NCBI GenBank assembly: GCA_038065595.1
Contig: JBBTQR010000003.1
Coordinates: 1 to 46,779, forward strand
DNA from: Patescibacteria group bacterium
Lineage (GTDB): Bacteria; Patescibacteriota; Minisyncoccia; Sungbacterales; JBBTQR01
Reading direction: 5' to 3'
Length of the DNA: 46,779 bases
Shown: positions 9,183-18,117 of the stretch, piece by piece
Layout: each line of letters opens with the position of its first letter
Position numbering within the stretch: position 1 is the stretch's first letter
The notes under the pieces: generated by a model
The model's database searches: none
What the model was told of the DNA's origin: nothing
What the model saw: the letters and a program-made list of their open reading frames with translations, nothing else
Program-made: the position numbers and the translations under genes

Positions 9183-9521
9183 ATGCTCCAATGGCTTGAA
9201 AAAATACGAGGAAAATCAGAAAATACACGGCGATTGATCGTCTTATTTTGTTTTTGCGTGATCGGAGGGACGGCTTTTCTTTTATGGTATTGGACCATAC
9301 ATGGACGGCCTATCAGCGGAGGGCTCACAGAGTCATTCATTGAAATAAAGCAAACAACAACAAATGGATTCCAAAGATTTCAAAACTTTCGCATCCGTTT
9401 GGGAGAGATAAAGCGCAAATTCAACAAAATAATTCAAAACAACGAAATCTCCGATACGCTTTTTAATTCCCTCTCTTCATATGAATCGGAGGCTGTTGGC
9501 AATCAAAAACCAAAAGAATAG
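9183..9521 (+). CDS. Hypothetical single-pass membrane protein
   Basis: ORF with one predicted TM helix (LIVLFCFCVIGGTAFLLWYW). No family recognised. Confidence 0.5.
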   Translation: MLQWLEKIRGKSENTRRLIVLFCFCVIGGTAFLLWYWTIHGRPISGGLTESFIEIKQTTTNGFQRFQNFRIRLGEIKRKFNKIIQNNEISDTLFNSLSSYESEAVGNQKPKE

Positions 9522-9565
9522 CTGTTTATATCAGATATTCCGCTTGAAAAAACCTGTTAAATTTT

Positions 9566-12016
9566 ATGGAATCACAAGAAATAGGAAAAATTAAAAATCG
9601 CGAGATCGCGGACGAAATAAAAGAATCGTATCTTGATTATGCAATGTCCGTGATTGTCGCGCGCGCTCTTCCTGATGTCCGCGATGGCATGAAACCAGTG
9701 CACCGCCGTGTTCTTTTTGCCATGCATGAGCTGGGGTTAGGACGAGGGTCAAAACACATGAAATCCGCACGCGTCGTCGGCGAGGTTATGGGAAAATACC
9801 ATCCGCACGGGGACACCGCTATCTACGACTCAATAGTTCGTATGGCACAGGGATTTTCTTTGCGCTATCCGCTCGTTGACGGGCAGGGAAATTTTGGTTC
9901 TGTGGATGGAGATTTTGCCGCCGCAATGCGATACACAGAAGTTCGTATGACACCAATCGCAGAAGATATGCTCCGCGACATTGAAAAAAATACCGTTCCA
10001 TTTATTCCAAATTATGACAGCTCACAACAAGAACCAACAGTCCTTCCTGCCTTGCTCCCGAATCTCCTTCTTAACGGAACAGAGGGAATCGCGGTCGGAA
10101 TGGCAACAAAGATTCCTCCGCACAATTTATCAGAAGTGCTTGACGCGACAGCACATCTTATCAGTCATCCAAACGCATCAGCAGAAGACCTGATGGAATT
10201 CGTTCAGGGACCAGATTTTCCAACGGGTGGCCTTATGTTCAATTCAAAAGAAATTCGTGAAGCATATATTTCTGGCCGTGGCGGAATTGTAACGCGCGGA
10301 GTCGCTGAAATTGAAGAAAGTGAAGGAAAACGAGCCGGATTTCGTATTATTATCACTGAGATACCCTATCAGGTGAATAAAGCCGAAATGATTGAAAAAA
10401 TAGCGGAACTCGTACGGGACAAAAAAATGGAGGGGATTCGGGATATCAGGGATGAATCGGACAAAGACGGACTTCGCGTTGTGGTTGATCTAAAACACGA
10501 CAGCTACCCACAAAAAGTCTTGAATAATCTTTACAAGCACACGGATCTTGAACGAAAGTTTCATTTAAATATGCTTGCTCTCGTAGATGGAATTCAGCCA
10601 GAAGTCTTATCAATCAAGGGCGTTCTTCAGGAATATCTCAAGCACCGCGAGATTATCATTACCAAACGAACACAGTTTGATTTACAAAAGGCAAAAGACC
10701 GTGCGCATATTCTTGAAGGGCTAAAAAAAGCACTTGATCATATTGATGCGATTATCACCACGATTAAAAAATCTTCCGATCGCGCGACGGCACACGAAGC
10801 TCTCATAAAAAAATTCTCTTTCTCCGATCGCCAAGCCGAAGCAATTCTGGAAATGAAACTCCAGAGCCTTGCGGGTATGGAACGACAAAAAATTGAAGAT
10901 GAACTGAAAGAAAAGCACGCCCTCATAAAGTCTCTTGAAGCTATTTTAAAAGACCGGGCGAAAGTTCTTGCGATCATTACAAAAGAGATTGCAGAACTAA
11001 AAGAAAAATATGGGGACGACCGTCGCACAAAACTCGTAAAAAGCGCGGCAAAAGAATTTGCCGATGAAGACCTCATCCCAGAAGAAGACACTGTTATTGT
11101 TCTAACCAAAGATGGCTCTATAAAACGACTCAAACCGGAGAGCTACCGCGCACAAAAACGCGGAGGCAAGGGAACGATCGGCATGGAAACAAAAGAAGAG
11201 GACATCGTTCTTCATCTTTTGATTGCAAACACGCACTCAAATCTTCTCTTTTTTACCAATACCGGCAAAGTGTACCAGGTAAAAGCATACGAAATTCCCG
11301 ATGGAACACGGACTTCAAAAGGAAAAGCTATTCAAAATTTTCTTTCGCTTGGACCAACGGAAATGATTACAGCAATCCTTCCAACAGGAAAACAAACAGA
11401 AAAAACGCATTCACTCATTGTGATGGCGACCAAAAACGGTATTATCAAAAAAGTAAAAATTGACGATTTTGAAAATATCCGCCGTTCGGGAATCGTCGCT
11501 ATGAAACTGAAAGGCAGTGATTCTCTTTTGTGGGCGCGACTTACAACGGGCACAGACGACCTTATGCTCGCGACCTCCCGCGGACAAGCAATTCATTTTT
11601 CGGAAAAAGACATTCGTCCGATGGGACGGGGAGCGAGTGGTGTTAAGGCAATCCGCCTAAAAAAAGATGATTTTGTTGTCGGTATGGATGTGATATCGCG
11701 GGAACGCGTCGCAGAAGCGCTTCTTCTTGTTGTAACCGAATATGGCTTTGGCAAAAAAACATCCGTCAAAGAATACAAAAAACAAAAACGAGGCGGATCA
11801 GGAATTAAAACTGGAAAAATTACCTCTAAAAATGGAGCGATTGTTTCCGCGGAGCTTATTCTGCCAGAAAAAGAAGAGATTATCGCAATTTCCCGCAAAG
11901 GACAGGTGATCCGCACAGAATTAAAGTCAATCTCTCTTTTGTCCCGCGCGACACAAGGCGTACGAATTATGAAGCTAGAAGCAGGAGATAAAATTGCTTC
12001 AGTAACTACATTTTAG
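9566..12016 (+). CDS. gyrA: DNA gyrase subunit A
   Basis: Conserved N-terminus ([24 protein letters not shown]), active-site AAMRYTE, and C-terminal beta-pinwheel repeats including the GyrA-box-like QKRGGKG. Confidence 0.97.
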   Translation: MESQEIGKIKNREIADEIKESYLDYAMSVIVARALPDVRDGMKPVHRRVLFAMHELGLGRGSKHMKSARVVGEVMGKYHPHGDTAIYDSIVRMAQGFSLRYPLVDGQGNFGSVDGDFAAAMRYTEVRMTPIAEDMLRDIEKNTVPFIPNYDSSQQEPTVLPALLPNLLLNGTEGIAVGMATKIPPHNLSEVLDATAHLISHPNASAEDLMEFVQGPDFPTGGLMFNSKEIREAYISGRGGIVTRGVAEIEESEGKRAGFRIIITEIPYQVNKAEMIEKIAELVRDKKMEGIRDIRDESDKDGLRVVVDLKHDSYPQKVLNNLYKHTDLERKFHLNMLALVDGIQPEVLSIKGVLQEYLKHREIIITKRTQFDLQKAKDRAHILEGLKKALDHIDAIITTIKKSSDRATAHEALIKKFSFSDRQAEAILEMKLQSLAGMERQKIEDELKEKHALIKSLEAILKDRAKVLAIITKEIAELKEKYGDDRRTKLVKSAAKEFADEDLIPEEDTVIVLTKDGSIKRLKPESYRAQKRGGKGTIGMETKEEDIVLHLLIANTHSNLLFFTNTGKVYQVKAYEIPDGTRTSKGKAIQNFLSLGPTEMITAILPTGKQTEKTHSLIVMATKNGIIKKVKIDDFENIRRSGIVAMKLKGSDSLLWARLTTGTDDLMLATSRGQAIHFSEKDIRPMGRGASGVKAIRLKKDDFVVGMDVISRERVAEALLLVVTEYGFGKKTSVKEYKKQKRGGSGIKTGKITSKNGAIVSAELILPEKEEIIAISRKGQVIRTELKSISLLSRATQGVRIMKLEAGDKIASVTTF

Positions 12017-12094
12017 AATTACAAATCAAAAATCCTGAATCAGGACTAACTTTTTTTGTTTTTTAAGTCATTATGTCGTATTATTAAGAAAATA

Positions 12095-12634
12095 ATGGCT
12101 GAATTTCTCCAACCAGAAAAGGTTATACAATACTTACACGCGCGCGATGGAATGCGTATTGCTGATTTTGGCGCGGGACAAGGTTTTTTTGCCATTCTTC
12201 TCGCAAAAATAGTCGGATCCTCTGGTAAACTTACAGCGCTTGATGTCCAGAAAGAAAGCGTAGAATTTGTCCGAAGACGAGCACAGCTTGAAAATTTTAC
12301 GAATATAGAGGCTGTGTGGGCAAATCTTGAACTTCCACGAGGATCAAAACTTCCTGACAACTCCCAGGACGCTGTTATTATTTCTAATATCCTCTTTCAA
12401 GCTGATGATAAAAAAGCATTGCTTGTGGAAGCCTTTAGAGTTCTTAGAATAGACGGAACACTTCTTCTGCTTGAATGGAATGAAGACGCGCCCCCTCCAG
12501 GACCACCACGCGAATTACGAGTACCTCAACAAACAACAAAAGAATTATGCCAAGAAGTTGGTCTTTCCTTCGCTGAAAAATTGCCAGCAGGAAACCACCA
12601 CTACGGCTTTTTATTTAAGAAGCTGGTCACATAA
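12095..12634 (+). CDS. Class I SAM-dependent methyltransferase
   Basis: Motif I DFGAGQGFF and a post-I acidic residue (LTALDV). Size is typical of small methyltransferases. Start placed at the ATG (MAEFLQ). Confidence 0.7.
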   Translation: MAEFLQPEKVIQYLHARDGMRIADFGAGQGFFAILLAKIVGSSGKLTALDVQKESVEFVRRRAQLENFTNIEAVWANLELPRGSKLPDNSQDAVIISNILFQADDKKALLVEAFRVLRIDGTLLLLEWNEDAPPPGPPRELRVPQQTTKELCQEVGLSFAEKLPAGNHHYGFLFKKLVT

Positions 12635-12648
12635 TTTAAAAATCTTTT

Positions 12649-13980
12649 ATGGAAAAAGGTAAAATTGTTATTTTTGGAATTGGCGGACTCATTGTTATTG
12701 TTTTTTTGTTTATGCTTGTCGGCATTCTTCCTGGAATCAAAAAAAACCTGGGCTCTACCAACTCCGTGCTTACGGTTTGGGACTTTGAAGACTTACCTAC
12801 GGTGTGGACGGAAATTAGCAAAGCGTACAGCGCACAAAATCCAAGTATAAAAATTAAATACATACAAAAAAACCCCACAACATTTGAAAATGAGGTTATC
12901 AATGCGTTAGCGTCCGGCACAGGTCCTGACATCTGGGCATTTAAACAATCGTGGATACTAAAACATAAAAATAAAATTTTTCCTTTGCCGGAAATAGCAC
13001 TCCGATTTACCAAATCTGATTTTCAAAGAATTTTTGCCGATGTAGCGCATGTATTTATTATTGACAAACAAATCATCGCGCTCCCGACAGCGATTGATAC
13101 GCTTGCCCTCTATTACAATAAAGATATTTTCAATAGCGAAAACATCCCAAATCCACCACAAAATTGGGATGAGCTGACTGAAGTTGTTAAAAAAACAACA
13201 AAAATAAGCCCTTCGGGAAAAATAATCAGAAGCGGGATTGCTCTGGGAACCGCCGGCAACATTGATAATGTCGTTGACATAATCTCCGCGCTCTTTCTGC
13301 AAAATGAGCTTACCGTCTTAGACATTTCAAAAGAAGAGTCAAAATCAGATATCCGTAGCGGAAATAATTTCGGAGGAATTAACGCGCTTAAATTTTATAA
13401 TTCGTTCTCGAATTCAATTCACAAAAATTATTCATGGTCTGCTGTTTTACCAAATTCAATCCAAGCGTTTGCCGACTCAAAAACGGCAATGATTATAGGA
13501 TTTTCCAAAGATTACGAGAAAATTATCAAAAAAAATCCGCGGTTAAATTTTGGCATCGCCCCCCTACCCCAGCAAAAAGATCAACCTATTAAATTTAATT
13601 ATGGCATTGTTAGCGGACTTACCGTTTCCAAAAATTCACGAAATCCACTAGAAGCGTGGCGTTTTATCGTATACGCTACGACCGATTCAAATGCCGTAAA
13701 ATTTTACCTCAACGCGTCAAATAACCCACCAGCATACCGCCGATATGTAACCGCTGACTTTTTAGCCCCTTACCTTGAAGTATTCAAAGCGCAAATTCTC
13801 TCCGCCCGAACATGGGTTCAGGCAGATGAACGGGTCGTTTTAATGATATTCCAAAATATGATACAATCTATACAGGGTAGCTCATACAATTTTGATGGTG
13901 TGCTTGGCGCCACAAGTAAACAGCTTGAAGAGCTCACGAATCCGTATATAATAAAGCCGGATGATAAAGAGTCAAAATAA
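12649..13980 (+). CDS. Extracellular solute-binding protein (ABC family-1-like), membrane-anchored
   Basis: N-terminal TM anchor, then the usual pattern of sugar/oligosaccharide binding proteins (GTGPDIW..., ALYYNKDIF, W.EL). No permease or ATPase gene is adjacent. Confidence 0.7.
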   Translation: MEKGKIVIFGIGGLIVIVFLFMLVGILPGIKKNLGSTNSVLTVWDFEDLPTVWTEISKAYSAQNPSIKIKYIQKNPTTFENEVINALASGTGPDIWAFKQSWILKHKNKIFPLPEIALRFTKSDFQRIFADVAHVFIIDKQIIALPTAIDTLALYYNKDIFNSENIPNPPQNWDELTEVVKKTTKISPSGKIIRSGIALGTAGNIDNVVDIISALFLQNELTVLDISKEESKSDIRSGNNFGGINALKFYNSFSNSIHKNYSWSAVLPNSIQAFADSKTAMIIGFSKDYEKIIKKNPRLNFGIAPLPQQKDQPIKFNYGIVSGLTVSKNSRNPLEAWRFIVYATTDSNAVKFYLNASNNPPAYRRYVTADFLAPYLEVFKAQILSARTWVQADERVVLMIFQNMIQSIQGSSYNFDGVLGATSKQLEELTNPYIIKPDDKESK

Positions 13981-14563
13981 TTTTTTACGATTTTTTGGAA
14001 ATTCGTTCACGATAGCGATATCTTTTTTTGTTCTCGTTGTTCTTGTATTGGTTTTTCCGTATCAAAACTCGCATGATGCTCGCGCGCAGGGTTCTTTGAC
14101 AGATCCAGTATCAACCTTACGCGACATAGAAAGTCGCGGACTCGTTCCATGTGGGACATTAACCACAAGCTCATGCAAACTGTGCGACATTTTCCAGCTT
14201 GCCAAAAATCTAACTGACTTTTTTATATACGCGGGACTTATGATAACGGCGGGATTTATTGGATATGGTGGGTTTCTAATTCTTACTGGCTCATATTCCG
14301 AAGAAAAAACGCGCCACGGAAAAGAGGTTTTAACATCCGCCATTACGGGACTTCTCATCTTGCTTGTCGCGTGGCTTATTGTAGATACTTCCATTAAAGT
14401 CCTTAAAGATGTTCCTGTTTTAGGACCTGGAGCTGGCTCTGGAGCTTCTGAAGGGCTCCTCTTTAATCAATTAGGTCCGTGGAATGATATTCAATGCCAA
14501 AACCCTAACTTTAGCTCAGGGGGGACGAATATTGATTTGAATAATTTACTCCCCGGTCCTTGA
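13961..14563 (+). CDS. Pilin-like membrane protein (CPR-type T4SS-pilin / VirB2-like, long form)
   Basis: Signal anchor, the LVPCG...C.LCD motif, then two hydrophobic helices separated by a short polar loop (TGSYSEEKTRHG). Overlaps the preceding gene by 20 nt. Confidence 0.65.
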   Translation: MIKSQNNFLRFFGNSFTIAISFFVLVVLVLVFPYQNSHDARAQGSLTDPVSTLRDIESRGLVPCGTLTTSSCKLCDIFQLAKNLTDFFIYAGLMITAGFIGYGGFLILTGSYSEEKTRHGKEVLTSAITGLLILLVAWLIVDTSIKVLKDVPVLGPGAGSGASEGLLFNQLGPWNDIQCQNPNFSSGGTNIDLNNLLPGP

Positions 14564-14617
14564 TTTTTTTAAATTAATACGCGACAAAGAAAAATTGCTT
14601 AGAAATTAACATATGCT

Positions 14618-15004
14618 ATGATTTTCAAATTATCACAACGCGACACAGTGAAAGAAATACTCATTAAAACTATGCTTTTTATTGTCCCCGGAGTGAAAAA
14701 AACATCCCTTTGTCTTCTCTTACTCGCCCCGCTTATTTCATACGCAGTAACAATTCCAAATCCACTGGGGGATGGAACGAGCATCAGCATGATCATTACT
14801 CGCGTTACGGACTTCCTTTTCTCGTTGGGACTTGCAATCGCTGTCATTGTGTTTTTGGTTGGTGGATTTCAATACCTTTTCTCCTTCGGGTCTGAGCAAA
14901 AAACAACCCAGGCGCGCAACACCTTGATGTATGGCGTAGTTGGTACTATAATTATGCTTGTTGGAAAGGGTGTTACAGCTCTTATTGTAAGCATTATTGG
15001 CTAA
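14618..15004 (+). CDS. TrbC/VirB2-like mini-pilin, paralog 1 (start uncertain, possibly 14672)
   Basis: Signal peptide plus two TM helices around the loop FSFGSEQKTTQARN. The C-terminal 70 aa align with the next three genes. Confidence 0.7.
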   Translation: MIFKLSQRDTVKEILIKTMLFIVPGVKKTSLCLLLLAPLISYAVTIPNPLGDGTSISMIITRVTDFLFSLGLAIAVIVFLVGGFQYLFSFGSEQKTTQARNTLMYGVVGTIIMLVGKGVTALIVSIIG

Positions 15005-15016
15005 TTTAGTTTAATT

Positions 15017-15397
15017 ATGATTATGAATAACGCGATTCTAGAATTAAAGAAAACTGAGCTAAAAAATAAAAAAGTGGCACATCTTATTTTTTTAGCATCA
15101 TTTTTTTTCGCGCTCACAGTTTTTTTACCCTATAGCGTGCACGCCCAAGATGTGAGCTTTAGCAGTACAGCTGATGTAAGCAGGGTTATTGAAAATATCG
15201 CCCGATTTATGTCAACGCTCCTTATAGCGGTATCGGTTATTGTTATCATTGTTGCTGGATTTATTTACTTAACCGCGGGAGACGATGAAAAAAAGGTTAC
15301 AACAGCAACCCAAACATTAACATACGCTATCGTTGGCATCGTGGTTGGACTCGTGGCATTTTCTATTCCCCCGCTTATCAAAGCAATACTTGGATAA
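15017..15397 (+). CDS. TrbC/VirB2-like mini-pilin, paralog 2
   Basis: Signal peptide (..SVHAQD), helix-loop-helix with LTAGDDEKKVTTATQTLTY, and a C-terminal ..ILG. Confidence 0.75.
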   Translation: MIMNNAILELKKTELKNKKVAHLIFLASFFFALTVFLPYSVHAQDVSFSSTADVSRVIENIARFMSTLLIAVSVIVIIVAGFIYLTAGDDEKKVTTATQTLTYAIVGIVVGLVAFSIPPLIKAILG

Positions 15398-15448
15398 ACT
15401 AAAAATTAACTCCTGCTAATAGCCGGGGGTAATAACTAAAACTAAAGC

Positions 15449-15820
15449 ATGAAAAAACCAATAAAACATTTTTTGCTCGTTGCTTCTCTGCTGTTTATAG
15501 CGCCACTTACAGCGCTCGCAGATCCAGTCGTGCGTTATCCGATGGCGTCTGGCGGAGCCGTGAACATTGAAACTCCAGCAGCGCTTGGCGATAAGCTCGG
15601 ATTAGTTGCGCGATTTTTTGGATCACTTTTATTCGCGATAGCCGTGTTAATTTTCCTTTACGCCGCGTTTCTCTATATCACAGCGGGTGAAAACGAAGAT
15701 ACCACTACTAAAGCTCGGTTATTTCTTACCTGGGGCATTGTTGGTTTAGTGGTTGCGCTTGTTGCGTGGAGCCTCCCGCTTCTTGTAGCGAATATTTTAG
15801 GAGGAAGACCTCTTAATTAG
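15449..15820 (+). CDS. TrbC/VirB2-like mini-pilin, paralog 3
   Basis: Signal peptide (..LTALADP), ARFFGSL, loop ITAGENEDTTTKAR, and C-terminal ILGGRPLN. Confidence 0.75.
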   Translation: MKKPIKHFLLVASLLFIAPLTALADPVVRYPMASGGAVNIETPAALGDKLGLVARFFGSLLFAIAVLIFLYAAFLYITAGENEDTTTKARLFLTWGIVGLVVALVAWSLPLLVANILGGRPLN

Positions 15821-16077
15821 ATTAATAGATTAAAAATCTTGTTAGGGCAGATCTTTATACCCTGTTTAAGTTATCCACAGTTCTTAAAACGAGATTTCCA
15901 TAAAAATAGAAATATGGTATCGTTATGCACAGTGTTGCTAATGTACTAATAGATTTTAATTAAAATTAATATAGTCATCTTGTGCAAAAGCATAAGATAC
16001 CCCTTATTTATTGCGCAATTACTCTCCGCTGATTAACCACCGGATCGTAAAACGCGGTAATTAACATGCGGTTTATT

Positions 16078-16440
16078 ATGAAAAAAATACTTACAAAAAT
16101 TATGGCAGCAGGGCTTTCGCTCGCTCCAATTGCAGTATTCGCCCAAGGAACAATTAGTCCTCTAACGCCAAGCGGTGGCGTCCCCGTGGCAAATGTCGGC
16201 GCATTGTCAGGGCTTTTGCAGACGCTAGCTCGGTTTTTCGGTACTCTTATTATGGCAATTGCCGTATTTATGATTCTATATGCCGCATTTAAATTTATTA
16301 CCGCGGGAGATAATGAGGATAGCGTTGGACAAGCCCGCACTATGCTTACCTATGGCGTTATCGGAATTGTTGTCGCTTTAATCGCATTTAGCATCCCGTC
16401 TCTTGTTGCAAGCATTTTTGGCGGAGCCGTGCTTAATTAA
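16078..16440 (+). CDS. TrbC/VirB2-like mini-pilin, paralog 4
   Basis: Signal peptide (..AVFAQG), ARFFGTL, loop ITAGDNEDSVGQAR, and C-terminal IFGGAVLN. It is the closest paralog of 15449-15820. Start placed at MKKILTK. Confidence 0.75.
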   Translation: MKKILTKIMAAGLSLAPIAVFAQGTISPLTPSGGVPVANVGALSGLLQTLARFFGTLIMAIAVFMILYAAFKFITAGDNEDSVGQARTMLTYGVIGIVVALIAFSIPSLVASIFGGAVLN

Positions 16441-16460
16441 ATATTTTCTATCTGTGTACC

Positions 16461-16488
16461 AAAAAACCCCCGAAATAGGGGGTTTTTT
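16461..16488 (+). terminator. Intrinsic terminator after the last mini-pilin gene
   Basis: aaaaaaccccc gaaata gggggtttttt. Confidence 0.8.
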
Positions 16489-16526
16489 ATTCATAAAAAC
16501 TTATCCACAGTTATGGATAGGCGCTG

Positions 16527-16754
16527 TTTACAATGGACGCCGCCCTTGATAAACTATACATAGAGATAATTTTTGAACGATGAGTGAAAATGAGGACTCG
16601 GCAGTTTTTCGCCTTTTGCGGAAAATTCATCCTCACGGCATTACAATGCCACATCAACACTCACCCTCAAAAAATATCTCGCCCATTTTGCTCCTTAAAA
16701 TAAAATACTTCCTCTCTCATTATGAGCCCCGCGAAACCGCCGGGCTCTTTTTTT
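16527..16754 (+). other. Orphan promoter-to-terminator unit: candidate sRNA or 58-aa ORF (16580-16756)
   Basis: TTTACA (16527-16532), 17-nt spacer, TAAACT (16550-16555). Internal nested hairpins follow, then a strong terminator (16724-16747, 9 bp with a C-C mismatch, then T7). The only ORF has no SD and runs through the terminator. Confidence 0.3.
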
Positions 16755-16803
16755 AATAACAGCTTTTACTAATAAATTTTAGAGTTTTGTGATGTTGTTT
16801 TTG

Positions 16804-16875
16804 GGTGGCCAACGGGATTCGAACCCGTGATGAGAGCTCCACAAACTCTAGTGTTACCGCTACACTATGGCCACC
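16804..16875 (-). tRNA. tRNA-His (anticodon GTG)
   Basis: Cloverleaf folded by hand: encoded G-1 opposite C73, acceptor GTGGCCA/TGGCCAC, D-stem GTGT/ACAC, anticodon loop TTGTGGA, T-arm ACGGG TTCGAAT CCCGT. CCA is not encoded. Confidence 0.85.
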
Positions 16876-17027
16876 ATATTTTTTTACTCTTCTTTTTTCA
16901 AGCCTCTTCAAGGGTAATCCATTCGCTTTTGATGGCGAAAGTCAGGGTTTTCTTATGCCTGCTGGCACATTTGAAAACTCTTCGATTCCTATACGCGAGC
17001 AAAGCAGTTTGCTCGCTCTCGGGAGTG

Positions 17028-17099
17028 TCCCCTCGATAGGAATCGAACCCATATCAACGCCTTAGAAGAGCGCTGCTCTATCCATTGAGCTACGAGGGG
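17028..17099 (-). tRNA. tRNA-Arg (anticodon TCT)
   Basis: Acceptor CCCCTCG/CGAGGGG, D-arm GCTC AATGGATA GAGC, anticodon loop CTTCTAA, T-arm ATGGG TTCGATT CCTAT, discriminator A. CCA is not encoded. Confidence 0.85.
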
Positions 17100-17228
17100 A
17101 AAATCGCTTTCCAACACGCCACACCAACTAACAAGACGGATAGCAAAAGTGATCAAAAGATAAAAAGCTCAATACCGCGCCCACAATATCACAAAATCAT
17201 TCAAAAAACAATATAAACGCCTATTATA

Positions 17229-17519
17229 TTAAAACGGATTTTTTACCGATGGCAACTCTTTTCGCAAACGATTAAACTGTTCTGCGCGAATATCAAGAAG
17301 CTCATTAACCCTAAAAACAACTGACGCATCAAATTGCCCCCGAAACTCTTTTTCATCTATCGCTCCCACGCCACCATTGAGATTGCGTGCGGTATAAAAT
17401 ACATAAGAAGAAAATCCGATAACAACCGTAAGCGCGCTAATGAAAAACAATACATACCACTCTTCAAAAAATTTTTGCCACTGTATTTCGCTTAATTTTA
17501 TATTAAGTTTTAGATTCAT
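17229..17519 (-). CDS. Hypothetical single-pass membrane protein, last gene of the pilus operon
   Basis: 96-aa ORF with one TM helix, 10 nt downstream of the pilO-like gene on the same strand. Confidence 0.5.
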   Translation of the reverse strand: MNLKLNIKLSEIQWQKFFEEWYVLFFISALTVVIGFSSYVFYTARNLNGGVGAIDEKEFRGQFDASVVFRVNELLDIRAEQFNRLRKELPSVKNPF

Positions 17520-17529
17520 AAATTTAAAA

Positions 17530-18117
17530 TTATTTTTTAATTCGTACTATAATATCAATCGCCATTTTTGAAATCGTTGTCCGCGTAAGCCGTCCCGAAC
17601 TGCTCACACCCGGAACAGACTCCCCAGCAAATACATCTGCCATCCCAGAAGAAGACACATGCGCGCTTACAAAAGTTATCTGATATGGAAGAAGCTCGAG
17701 AACCCTTAAGTAGTGAAACAATCGCGGGAAGTCTCCTTCCGCTATAATTTGAAATTTTTGAAGTCCGTCTTTTGGAGCATCGTGAACAAGAATTTTTGCC
17801 TGAACGCCCTGCTCTCGCCCAAGCTCCTCAATAAGCTCAATAAATGGTAATGGAGAATTAATATCCAAAATCGTTTTCTCTACTCTCTTCAGAGTCGCGT
17901 CTTCCTTGTGAATTGATCGTCCGATACCGAGAAAATATTCGCGCCGGCGGTCAAAATATGCGATTTTTTTCTGCGCTTCGGAAATTTCATTTTCAAAAGC
18001 AATGATTTTTTCATATAACGGTTTCACGATAAAAAAAGCCGTCCCCGCATTTATTGTGCCGAGCAAAAGAAAAACAACCAACACTGTTTTATTTTTTAAA
18101 AATATATAAAATTTCAT
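17530..18117 (-). CDS. pilO: PilO-like type IV pilus alignment protein
   Basis: N-terminal TM helix plus a coiled-coil segment. Its position directly after the pilM and pilN-like genes supports the call, and its start overlaps the pilN stop (TAATG). Confidence 0.5.
   Translation of the reverse strand: MKFYIFLKNKTVLVVFLLLGTINAGTAFFIVKPLYEKIIAFENEISEAQKKIAYFDRRREYFLGIGRSIHKEDATLKRVEKTILDINSPLPFIELIEELGREQGVQAKILVHDAPKDGLQKFQIIAEGDFPRLFHYLRVLELLPYQITFVSAHVSSSGMADVFAGESVPGVSSSGRLTRTTISKMAIDIIVRIKK

Noticed and set aside
15821-16520. Replication origin (oriC), suggested by two perfect DnaA boxes, one near-perfect box and an AT-rich tract
   Set aside because: The two perfect boxes sit inside a 12-nt direct repeat that is better explained by tandem duplication of the pilin gene, so they are not independent. 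Flanking genes converge on this region (plus strand on the left, minus strand on the right), which is the opposite of the usual origin pattern. No dnaA or dnaN gene is nearby. A single chance 9-mer in 47 kb is not improbable.
16805-17065. ORFs 16805-17065 and 16827-17039 (+)
   Set aside because: They overlap two well-folding tRNA genes on the opposite strand and the spacer between them.
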